Source of the DNA: a virus
Reading direction: 5' to 3' (one strand)
IMG/VR virus record: IMGVR_UViG_3300020281_000010
Length of the DNA: 64,000 nucleotides
The notes below the pieces were generated by a model. It was not told the origin of the DNA. It saw only the letters and a program-made list of their open reading frames with translations, and ran no database searches. How positions within the stretch are numbered: position 1 is the first letter of the stretch; each line of letters starts with the position of its first letter. This document shows, piece by piece, positions 44,467 to 55,500 of this stretch. Made by a program: the position numbers and the translations under genes.

Positions 44467-46143
44467 ATGGCTAAGCAAAATCTTAACATTGGTGTGTCAG
44501 CAAATGATGGCACTGGTGATACCCTAAGAGATGGTGCTATTAAACTCAACAACGTTATCAATGAGTTATATACCTTTCTTGGAGACAATACAAACCTGCA
44601 AATTAGTGTCGGAAGTCCGTCAACTAATCAGGTTCTAAAATGGAATGGTTCAGTATTCACTGAAGGTCAACTTTCTATTTCTAATCTTACCGATATTGAT
44701 GTTAGCGGTGTCAGTAACGGACAGGTTCTGAAGTGGAACGAAGCAAACGCTCGTTGGCAAGCAGGGGATGATCTACAAGGTGGTGGAGGCGGTGGTTCTT
44801 CAATAAGTAATCTTTCTAACAACGGATCGGGTAACGTTGTTATTGATACACATTTCCTTCCTAACTCAGATGCAACATACGATCTGGGTTCACCCTCACT
44901 GAAATTTAGAGACCTGTACCTCGATACATCTACCATTTGGATGGGAGATACTGGTATTTCTACTGATTCAGTAACACAAGAATTAAATCGTAGAAAGAGA
45001 CAAGAGCACACTGTTAATAGTATTGACACTGGTGCTACTCGTACTATTGCATCTAAACTTGCTTCTGAAGATTCTACACAAGAAGAGAAGTTTAGACTTA
45101 GATTCTCTGTAATGAAAGCAGGTACTAAGTTGCAAATTGAAGATGCTACTGGTGCCAAAGCAGCAGTCACATTCGGATCCTTTACTGCTGAAGCAGGTGG
45201 GGCACGTGGATATATAACAACAACTGCTGCAGGTGCTGATCAGTCACAAGAATTGTCTGTCGCTAGTGCTGTCAAGATTACATCCTACAACCGTATGGTT
45301 TCTGAGGATGAAGCAGGCAACATTGAGTTGGGTGGACAATCACTGAAGTTCGCTGCAGGTAAAGAACTTAAATTTGATGATGATGGAATCCTTGAACTTC
45401 CTTCAAACAGTTCTATTCGTTTTGGTGCTACTGGCTCTACGAAAGTCATTGCTATGGACAGTAGTGGCAATTTGGATCTTCCTGTTGGCACTGACATTCG
45501 CTTTGGTGGTGATGCTGCTAAATCAATCAAATTCGATGGATCTGGTAACCTCGAAGTTCCAGATACTGCAGAACTTCGTTTTGGATCTAGTGGAACTAAG
45601 AAACTAAAGTTTGATGCTAATGATAACTTAGAACTTCCTACTGATACAGAGATCAAGATTGGAACCAAGAGAATGAAGATTGGTACCAATGGTGAGTTGG
45701 AAATTGCAAACGATGGTACTACCTTTAATGAAGTTGGTGGAGGATTCCAATCTCAGATCAACAATGCTCCTATCGGATCATCAATCATTAAGGGACATAA
45801 TAACGTAACAATCCATAAACCTTCTCCTACTATCCTGTTCAGATTTACTGCTGCAGGACAATCAAGTTATACAGTACAAGGACCAGGGTTCCCTTCATCA
45901 GGTGCTACTAGTAGTCCTACTATCATTTTGTACCGTGGATTTACCTATGATTTGTATAACCAAGCAGGTGGTGCTCACCCACTAGCAATTAGAACATCGA
46001 ATGGTGGTTCTGCATACACAACTGGAATCACTGGTTCTAACACTGGTCTCCAGATCTTCACAGTCCCTATGGACGCACCTAATACTTTGTATTATCAGTG
46101 CACTATCCACCCAGGAATGATTGGAACCATTGACATTAGATAA
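44467..46143 (+). CDS. gp9/gp10-like baseplate-anchored fibre protein with C-terminal cupredoxin-like domain
   Basis: N-terminus MAKQNLNIGVSANDGTGDTLRDGAIKLN (T4 gp9/gp10 family); about 26-aa beta repeats; AHPL...YYQCTIHPGM. Confidence 0.8.
   Translation: MAKQNLNIGVSANDGTGDTLRDGAIKLNNVINELYTFLGDNTNLQISVGSPSTNQVLKWNGSVFTEGQLSISNLTDIDVSGVSNGQVLKWNEANARWQAGDDLQGGGGGGSSISNLSNNGSGNVVIDTHFLPNSDATYDLGSPSLKFRDLYLDTSTIWMGDTGISTDSVTQELNRRKRQEHTVNSIDTGATRTIASKLASEDSTQEEKFRLRFSVMKAGTKLQIEDATGAKAAVTFGSFTAEAGGARGYITTTAAGADQSQELSVASAVKITSYNRMVSEDEAGNIELGGQSLKFAAGKELKFDDDGILELPSNSSIRFGATGSTKVIAMDSSGNLDLPVGTDIRFGGDAAKSIKFDGSGNLEVPDTAELRFGSSGTKKLKFDANDNLELPTDTEIKIGTKRMKIGTNGELEIANDGTTFNEVGGGFQSQINNAPIGSSIIKGHNNVTIHKPSPTILFRFTAAGQSSYTVQGPGFPSSGATSSPTIILYRGFTYDLYNQAGGAHPLAIRTSNGGSAYTTGITGSNTGLQIFTVPMDAPNTLYYQCTIHPGMIGTIDIR
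45340..45700 (+). repeat. five approx. 26-aa beta-solenoid repeats
   Basis: [IL]RFG...K.[IL].FD..GNL.LP..T[ED]. Confidence 0.75.
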
Positions 46144-46147
46144 GTAA

Positions 46148-48019
46148 ATGCCAAGATCAGTACCAGGAAGCGGAGCGATTATTGAACCAATCTTTAACAG
46201 CATCTATGGTGTTAGAGAGGTTTATGTGGTGGATGGTGGGAGTGGATATAATCCATCTGACCCTCCTCAACTTAAAGTCGGTAACTGTGGTACTCCAATC
46301 AGAGAAGCAGTCTTACAACCAGTAATATCAAATGGTCAGATTGCTTCAGTAAGAGTTTTGGATCCTGGCGAAGGATACGATCCATTTAGAATTGAATTGC
46401 AAACTGAAGGCGCAGGTCACGGTGCAGTAGCAAAAGCGATCCTGTATGAGCAGGATGAGGTTGCACCTGACGGTACTATCATTGCTCCTGCAGGATCTAT
46501 TCAATACATACAAGTTTTGTCTAACGGTGACGAGTATTTCTCATCTCCCACAACTGCTGAAGTAAAAGGTGGTGGTGGATCAGGTGCTGAACTTCGTCCT
46601 GTTGTTGGACTCGTTACTGGTTTGTCACTAGAAAATCCTGGTGCAAACTATGAATTGGGAGACATCAACTTAGTTGTCTCTGGTGGCGGGGGGCAAGGTG
46701 CAACTGGCGTTGCAGAGGTTGATGAATTTGGCGTTGTCAAATCTGTCGATGTTTCTAACGTTGGTGAGTTCTATGAAACTGCACCTACTATCTTACTCAA
46801 CGGTGGTGGTGGATCTGGTGCTGTTGCGAAAGCAAACATCAATCTAGGTTCAATTACATCTATTGATGTTGTCAACCCTGGTGGTGGATATTCGTCTGCA
46901 CCCTCAGTTCTGTTTACACGGAACACTGACTTGACTAAACAGTCAAGAAACCGTCAATCATTTAACTCTAACCTCTATAACATATCTGGTCTACTTGCAG
47001 ACGTAGACGAGAATGATCAAACCATCTATGTACAAACGACTGCTCCTTACCCTGGTTCGGGCAAAATTCTTATCGGTCGAGAAGTTATCAGATATACAGG
47101 TAAAACACTTACCTCATTCACTGGTTGCGACCGTGCTCTTAACTTCCGATATGATCAAAAGGTAACAGTTGATTCACTGGCAGATGTCGGCGGCGTTTCA
47201 GGATACAACTTTAATGTCGGAGACAGAGTTATTAGAACCACAGAAAGTTCTAGTAACAAAATTGCTAGGGTGTATGACTGGATTCCAGAACAGAGAGCAC
47301 TCTTCCTCGTTTTCGAGGTTGATGAACTTGCTTTTATTGACGGTGGATCCTCTCAAGTTAAGTCACAGGTTATTGACTTTACTGGTGGTGTTGCTTCAGC
47401 ATCTGCAACTGGTGTTGAACCACACGTCTTGATCGATGTTGCTGATGCAAGAATTATAACCTTGACTGTTCCTATCAGTTACATTCAAGATAAGGCATTC
47501 GAAGATGATGATGAAGTAGGTGGAGCGGGTGATGGCATCCCCGATTTGGTAAATACTAATACTGACTTTGAGAACGAGATCAGTCTTGATGGTGGTATCG
47601 CTTCCTCTCTGTATGGTATTGAAGAAACTGTTGGTGGTACAAATACCACTTTGTTTGCGGTTGGAGACCAAATGACTGATGGTTCCAATCCTCCATTATC
47701 TCCTACAGTATCTGTAGCAGGTGAACTGGGAGATGGTGATGTGCACCCTGCTGAGGTGCAATTTATTATGCGTAGCACTAATCCTGAAAATGGAAACTTT
47801 ACAGTTGATGAAACTGTTACAGGATCTATCACTGGTATTACTGCTACTGTGAAGTCTTGGGATTCAACATCTCGGACTCTGGTAGTTAAAACTGTAGTAG
47901 GAAATGCAGGTAACTTCCTTTGGAATAACAACGAAACCGTTACTGGTGGTTCGACAGGAACGGTAGGTACACCACTGAAAATTGAGTATCTCTCATACCT
48001 CAGAAACGAACCCGACTAA
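46148..48019 (+). CDS. baseplate wedge-associated structural protein
   Basis: GGGGSGA / V.NPG.GY repeats shared with the giant ORF; directly upstream of gp8. Confidence 0.8.
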   Translation: MPRSVPGSGAIIEPIFNSIYGVREVYVVDGGSGYNPSDPPQLKVGNCGTPIREAVLQPVISNGQIASVRVLDPGEGYDPFRIELQTEGAGHGAVAKAILYEQDEVAPDGTIIAPAGSIQYIQVLSNGDEYFSSPTTAEVKGGGGSGAELRPVVGLVTGLSLENPGANYELGDINLVVSGGGGQGATGVAEVDEFGVVKSVDVSNVGEFYETAPTILLNGGGGSGAVAKANINLGSITSIDVVNPGGGYSSAPSVLFTRNTDLTKQSRNRQSFNSNLYNISGLLADVDENDQTIYVQTTAPYPGSGKILIGREVIRYTGKTLTSFTGCDRALNFRYDQKVTVDSLADVGGVSGYNFNVGDRVIRTTESSSNKIARVYDWIPEQRALFLVFEVDELAFIDGGSSQVKSQVIDFTGGVASASATGVEPHVLIDVADARIITLTVPISYIQDKAFEDDDEVGGAGDGIPDLVNTNTDFENEISLDGGIASSLYGIEETVGGTNTTLFAVGDQMTDGSNPPLSPTVSVAGELGDGDVHPAEVQFIMRSTNPENGNFTVDETVTGSITGITATVKSWDSTSRTLVVKTVVGNAGNFLWNNNETVTGGSTGTVGTPLKIEYLSYLRNEPD

Positions 48020-48025
48020 AACCCT

Positions 48026-48033
48026 CATAAATA
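48026..48033 (+). promoter_or_regulatory. late promoter (CATAAATA)
   Basis: Intergenic before gp8. Confidence 0.7.
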
Positions 48034-48055
48034 AAGAGAAGGTAGAAACTGTCCA

Positions 48056-49591
48056 ATGGCACTACTTACTGACCAATTTAGAATTTTTACTGCGGAAAAA
48101 TTCATCAAATCACTAGAAGGTCCTGACAAGAACCAGTCGGACATAGCGGCTGGTGCAAATAGGGATCGTCTATATGTGTACATTGGGCGTCCTCAAGAAT
48201 GGGATAACGAGAACAATCCTCCGACCCCCGTTGATTCTTTTCAGGAGTTTTCTGATTCATTCGATGATATGATCTCGATGAAGCGTGTTCTTGCGAACGA
48301 CGCTGTTCAGGTTATTCGTCGTATTGACTGGATCCCACCCGAACAAACCACTGGTGGTTTGGGTTATGTGTACGATATGTATCGTCACGATTATTCATCC
48401 AGTAAAACAGCATCTTCTGGTGCTACCAAACTATATGATGCTGACTTCTACGTTGTTAACTCATCTTATCAAACGTACAAGTGTATCTACAACGGTACAT
48501 CTCCAAGTGATCCTAACGGTAAACCTTCAACGGTTGAACCGACAGGTACATCTACATCTATTATCACAACTGCTGACGGTTATCGTTGGAAGTATATGTA
48601 CACGATCCCTGTGGGTCAGGTGCTGAAGTTCTTCTCAGGTGATTATATGCCTGTGTTGACAGATACTGCTGTTGTGTCTGATGCTGTTGGTGGTGAGATT
48701 GACACTGTTGTTATCCAATCTGCAGGTTCTGGATATAACAACGGTACATATGAAAACATCCCCATCAAGGGTGATGGTACTGGTGGAAGAATCTCTGTTG
48801 TGGTTGACGGTGGTCGTATCGTCTCTGCTACTGTAACTTCTGGTGGTGCTAACTATTCCTTCGGTAAGGTTATTATTGATGAGATCAACGGTATCGGTGC
48901 AGGTACTGGATCTGGTGGTGCTATCGACGTGATCATTCCTCCGAAAGGTGGACACGGTTCAGGTCCCCAAATTGAGTTGGGTGGTTTCCGTGTAATGATC
49001 AACACTAAGTTCACATACGATGAAGGTTCTGGTGATTTCCCAACTGATAACGATTACAGACGTATCGGTTTGGTTCTGAATCCTCTCAAGTTTGGAACTG
49101 AAGAATTGGCAGACGCTATCACTTTGTCTGCTACTAACGCTGTGATTTTCTCGCCCGACTTCACAGGTTCATTTAATACTGACGAAATTATTACACAGAC
49201 TCGTACTGTTGGTGGTCAACAGGTGACTGCTAGAGGTCGAGTTGTGTCTTGGAACTCCACAACAAAAGTTCTTAAGTATTACCAAAACAGAGTTGATGGT
49301 ATCTTCCCTGAAATCTCTGGTAATAAAACAGTCTTTGATGGTGGTAATACAGTTGTTGGTTCAGGTTCTGGTACTTCTGCCGACCCTGACATTAACTTCC
49401 CGATCGTTCCTGGTGAAGCAACTCGTGTTATTAACAACACTGAGTATGACCTAGGTATGTCATTCACATCTGGTTACGCCAAACCCGAGGTGAAAAAAGA
49501 CTCTGGAAAAGTGATCTACATAGACAATAGGAGAGCAATCTCCCGTGCAGGCGACCAAATTGAAGACATCAAGATCGTAGTAGAGTTCTAA
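48056..49591 (+). CDS. gp8: baseplate wedge subunit gp8
   Basis: LYVYIGRPQEW, VIRRIDW, YKCIYNG, DGYRWKYMYTI, GKVIYIDNR...QIEDIKIVVEF. Confidence 0.93.
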   Translation: MALLTDQFRIFTAEKFIKSLEGPDKNQSDIAAGANRDRLYVYIGRPQEWDNENNPPTPVDSFQEFSDSFDDMISMKRVLANDAVQVIRRIDWIPPEQTTGGLGYVYDMYRHDYSSSKTASSGATKLYDADFYVVNSSYQTYKCIYNGTSPSDPNGKPSTVEPTGTSTSIITTADGYRWKYMYTIPVGQVLKFFSGDYMPVLTDTAVVSDAVGGEIDTVVIQSAGSGYNNGTYENIPIKGDGTGGRISVVVDGGRIVSATVTSGGANYSFGKVIIDEINGIGAGTGSGGAIDVIIPPKGGHGSGPQIELGGFRVMINTKFTYDEGSGDFPTDNDYRRIGLVLNPLKFGTEELADAITLSATNAVIFSPDFTGSFNTDEIITQTRTVGGQQVTARGRVVSWNSTTKVLKYYQNRVDGIFPEISGNKTVFDGGNTVVGSGSGTSADPDINFPIVPGEATRVINNTEYDLGMSFTSGYAKPEVKKDSGKVIYIDNRRAISRAGDQIEDIKIVVEF

Positions 49592-49595
49592 AACA

Positions 49596-52500
49596 ATGCC
49601 TCAGAATACCAATCTGAATATCGCCCCTTATTTCGACGATTTCGATAAGGCGAATAATTTTTACCGAGTGCTATTCCGCCCTGGGTATCCTATCCAAGCT
49701 CGTGAACTGACGACGCTTCAATCCCTGATGCAAAATCAGATTGAATCGTTTGGTACACATATGTTTAAGGATGGCAGTATGGTCATCCCTGGTCAGATTG
49801 GTTATGACCTTGATGCTAAGGCAGTTATCCTTCAGGGTTCATTCTTGGGTGCAGACGTTGAACAATATAGAAATCAAATTACGGGTACGATTGTTGAGGG
49901 TCTAACAACTGGTATTAAGGCAAAAGTTTTATTCAGTATTTCTTCTACTGAATCTGAGCGTGGTTATATTACCCTATACGTTAAATATCTGACATCTGGT
50001 GGTACTGATTCAGATACAAGAGAGTTCGTTAATAATGAACAGTTGGTTTGTGCTTCTGAAATTACTTACGGTTCATCTCTAATTGAGATCGGAACTCCAT
50101 TTGCACAGTTACTTCCTACAAACTCTACCGCTGTTGGTTCTACTGCTAGTATTGCTAATGGTGTTTACTTTATTAGAGGTCACTTTGTAGATGTAAACGA
50201 ACAAACTATTATTCTTGATCAATATACAAACAATCCTTCATATAGAATTGGTCTAGAAATCTTCGAATCTATTGTTACTCCTGAAGATGATCCAAGTCTA
50301 AATGATAATGCGACTGGTACATCTAACTATTCTGCTCCTGGTGCTCATAGATTTAGGATCAGAACCAGTCTAGTTAAAAAAGTTATCGATGATGATACTG
50401 ATAAAAACTTCATCGAACTTCTTAGAATTAGGAGATCAGCAGTAGAATCTTTTGTTGAAAGATCTGCATACAATGAACTAGCAAAAGAACTTGCTAGAAG
50501 AACATTTGACGAGTCTGGCGACTATACAGTTCGTGATTTCGATGTTCGTGTTAGAGAACATTATAATGATGGTGCGAATGGTGGTGTATATCTTCCTGGT
50601 GAGATTTCTCCTCAAGGTAATGCTGCATCGACTGCACACTATGCTGTAGAGATTGGACCTGGAAAGGCATATGTAAGAGGTTTTGAGTCTGAAACTCTTG
50701 TTCCAACTTTCATCGATTTGATGAAACCAAGGGATACTCTTGCTCTACAAAACTCAATCATCCCGTTTGAGTTGGGTCAGTATATGTTGATGAATAATGT
50801 ACAGGGTTCCCCTATCATCAACGGTAACAATATTACTGCAAACTACCAAGTTGTTGAGTTCAGAGATCAAGCACAAGGCAGTAATCTTTCTAGCAATGGA
50901 CAGATTGTTGCACTTGGTCGTATCGCTGCGTTTGAATATCACAGTGGTACAACTGTAAATGCAACTAGTACAATCTTCAAAGCATATGTTTTTGACCTAC
51001 AACCTCTAACAATCTTTAAGACTGATGCTGCAGTTACACTTACTCAGGGTCACGTTATTAGAGGTAGAACTTCTAAGGCAAAAGCATTTGTTGAAGCAGA
51101 TGTATCTGGTGGACAGATGTTCAAGGTATATCAGGTTTATGGTTCATTCAGAAATGGTGAGATTCTTGAGCGTGATGGTATTGAAATCGGTACTCTAAGC
51201 GATCACTTCGCGTTTGAGGTTACTGATGCACGTTCAATGATCGGTAGAGATCCAGATACAAACAATATTAGATTTGCTGCTGACCTGATGATGGATTCTC
51301 AGGTTGTTATTCTTGGTACTAACTTCAATGTTAGTTCTGGTGGTGCTACTGGTACATTGACTGGTACTCAATCTAATTTCACATTGGATGTCAGACCGAA
51401 TGATGTCTTTACTCAGAATGGTGTAAACTCACTTACTATTGATAGAATTAGCACTGCGTCAACCAATATTGATAATAAGATCACAACTGCAATTACTGCT
51501 ACTTACTCTAGCAATAATATTCCTGCAGGTGATTATGGATTCTTAGTTAGATTGCGTCCTCAAATCTATGATAGAGAGACTGCCGATCTTATGATCGAGA
51601 TGCCTAAAGAATCTATCAACAATATTAGTGATGAATCTGCAATCGTTGCACGTTCTTTTGATGACATCACAGTTACTGGTGCTAACGACTTTACGATCTC
51701 TCTACCTGCTGATGAACAGTTCCTTGCATATGATAAGGATCACTATCAGTTGGTATCTCTTGCACCTACCCCAGGTACACTGATTGACATCGAATCTAGT
51801 CTTGCCTTTAACAGCACTGGTACTCCTAGAACATCATTGACTGTTTCTGGTTTGACAGGTGTTACATCTTGTCGTTTGATTGCTTCTATCTCTAAAAACC
51901 AAGCAGAGAAGAAGTTGAAGAACGCTACTCAGATGGAAGTTATGAAGGTTGAAAGAACCAGTAATTCATCTGATAGAGTTAAGTATGGTCTTACATATGG
52001 TTCATTGTATGGAACTCGTATTGAAGACGAAGAGATTTCACTTGGATCAACAGACGTTTATAATATCCACGCTATCTACGAATCAACTGACAACGAAGCA
52101 GCACAGATTCCTAACTTGCAGATGCAAGATGCAACTATCTTCAAAGAAGGTACTATCATTGAAGGTCAGACATCTAAAGCAAAAGCACGTGTTGTAAACT
52201 TCAACGCTGTGTCTTATGTCTGCCATTTTGTATATGAAAACAATAATCAGTTTGTCTTAGGTGAAACCGTTCGTGGTTTTGATGCTAATGATGAAGTTAT
52301 TAACGGTCTAATTAACGATGCTGAAGGAAGCATCAATGGTGGATCTAAGAATATTACTGATGATTTCTTCCTTGATCCTAACCAGAAAGGTCACTTCTAT
52401 GATATTTCTAAGTTGGTAAGGTATGCAGGATCAACCAAACCTCTTAGAAAGTTGATGATTGTGTTTGATAGATTCACCCACGAAGCAACGGGTGACTATT

Positions 52501-55500
52501 TTGCTGCACAATCTTATGTTGGTATTGACTATGGTAAGATCCCTTCATTCACAGAGAATGGTGTAACAAAAGAACTTAGAGATGTTCTTGATTTCAGACC
52601 TGCTGTTACTCCTGTTCTTTCAGGATCTGGTACTGTTTCATCACCTTACTATGTAAACTGTGCATCACTTGACTTCAAAGACAGAGGATTCTCTTCTGGT
52701 GGTGTTGCAAACAATGCTACGGTTATTGATATTCCAAAACCAGAATCAGACTTCCGTTGTGACTACGATTATTTCTTAGGTAGAGTTGATAAACTATTCC
52801 TAACTGATCAGCAGCAATTCAAAGTTGTTAAAGGTATCTCTGGCGAAGGTCAGGAACTTCCTTCTGATCTGGATAATGCAATGTTGCTTGCAACATTCTT
52901 CCACAAACCATACGGTTACAGTCCTGCTGATGTAAGAATCTCTAGAGAAAACAACCGTCGTTTCACAATGCGTGACATCGGTAAGATTGAGAAGAGAGTT
53001 GATAACCTTGAATATTATACATCTCTCAATATGCTTGAGATGGAAACTGCATCTTTCTCTGTTAAGGATGCTGATGGTTTTGATAAGTTCAAGAATGGAT
53101 TCCTAGTTGACAACTTCTCATCATTTGATTCTGCTGAAACTAGACACGAAGACTTTGCTTGTGCTCTTGACTTCTCTGAAGGTATCTTGAGAGCATCTCA
53201 CTATACAACAAACGTATCTCTTGAGTATAACGATACCGCTTCTGCAGGTATTACTAATCACTCAGTTGGTACACTGACTCTTCCATATAATGAAATTCAG
53301 TTTATTGTTCAACCATATGCATCACGAGTTGAGAATGTAAACCCATTCAACGTGTTTGCTTACATTGGTAGATTGGATCTATTCCCATCATCTGATGACT
53401 GGGTGTCAGAAGAGAGAGAACCTGATAGAGTTGTGAACATTGAAGGTGACTTTACTGCACAGGTTCAAGCACTTGGTGGTGATACCAATACAGGTTTTGT
53501 TCCTACACAGTGGAACTCTTGGAGAACTAACTGGTCTTCTAGCAGCACTTCTTCCTCTCAGCAGTTTATGAGAAGAGGTTCTTGGCCGTTTATCAGAAGA
53601 ATCTTTACCAATACTACTACCACTGTTTCATCGCAAGCAAGATCAGGTATTAGAACTAACGTTGTTCCTAGAATTGATCGTCAGTCTCTTGGTGATAGAG
53701 TTATTGAGCGTACAGTTATTCCGTTCATTAGATCAAGAAATATTGCATTTAAGATTCAGCGTCTGAAACCAAATACAAGATTCTATTCTTTCATCGATAA
53801 CGTTAATGTTAATTTCTACACAACGCCTCGATTGCTCGAAGTTATTAAGAATCCTGTTGATGATACAAGAACAAACAACACTCCTTTCGTTGTAGGAGAG
53901 ACTGCTGTTGGACAGACATCTGGATGTCATCTTAAGTTGATGGATCCTAATACTGGTTTTGATGACGATCTGAACCCTTATGATTCTAGTGAACTTCCTA
54001 GTTCCTATGCTTCAACAACTCCTCTCCTTAATATCGACACTAAGATTATGTCGGAGACAGTTGCAGGTGCATATTATGGTAACCCTCTAGAGGGTGAGAT
54101 CCTTGTTGGTCAAACTTCTGGTGCTCGTGCTGTTGTTAAAACTAAGCGTCTTGTTGCTAACACTAACGGTGACCTTGAAGGTATTATGTGGATTCCTAAT
54201 CCTGGCGTTGATACCAACCCAAGATTTGCTACAGGTACACGTGTTATCCGTCTTACAACTTCACCAACTGACTCTAGAGTTCCTGGTCAGGTTGACTCTG
54301 CTGCAAACGCAAACTACGTTGCATCTGGTGTTATCGAGACTAAACAGACAACTATCCTTGCTGTTAGAAACGCTGACGTTGTTAGAGATACCGTTACTCA
54401 AGACAGAACTGTTAACAGTGTAAGTACATCAGTTAGAGACACAGGTTGGTATGACCCTCTCGCTCAGTCCTTCTTGGTTGAGTCTAAGGGTGGTGCATTC
54501 TTGACAGGTTGTGAACTGTACTTTAATACTAAGGATGAGAGAATCCCAGTATCTGTACAGGTTAGAGAAATGGCAAATGGTTATCCAACAACTAAGGTTC
54601 TTGCATTCTCTGACGTTACACTTCTTCCTTCACAGGTCAATCTATCTGAGAACGGAACTGTATCTACAAGATTTACATTCCCATCACCTGTCTATGTAAC
54701 AGAGAACAGAGAATATTGTTTGGTTGTTCTTTCTGACTCCAACGAATACAAACTCTGGATCTCCAGAATGGGTGAAGACGATATTACAAACGATAGAACG
54801 ATCTCTGAGCAACCATATGCAGGTGTGCTCTTCAAATCACAGAACGCTTCTACTTGGACTGCTGACCAGTATGAGGATCTTAAGTTTATCCTTCATAAGG
54901 CAGAGTTCACACCAAACTCAACTGGTACTGCTGTATTCAATAACGCTGAACTTGCTATTGGTAACGGTGGTATTAGCAGATTGCGTCACAATCCTATCGA
55001 AACACTGAAACCACAACTTAAGATTATTCTTTCTGATCACGTTGCTAACTTTACTATCGGTGCTGAACTTACTCAGACTGATACAAACCCAGTTCCTTCT
55101 GCGATCGTTAGAGAAGTTGTTCAAGGTATTTCAGGTTCATCTAACGCTTACATCATTGTTGATGATGTCAACGGTGAATTTAGAGAAGGTGTTGCATCTG
55201 GACAAAACTATATCTACAGATTGGTATCATCTAGATCTATCGCTAACCTCACTCTAACTGGTGTCACAGGTACATTTACTGTTGACGAACCAGTTACGAA
55301 TGGTAGTGGTGCATCTGGTATGGTTACTGCTTGGAATGCAGGTACAGGTGTCTTGACTATTAAGTCAGTCACAGGTACATTTGCTGATGCTGATCCTATT
55401 ACTCAGACAATCCAAGCATCTACAACTGGTTCTGGTACTATCGGTTCATCTGGTGTCTCACTGAGTGGTGACGATATTAATGATTATGCTTCTGCTCCTA

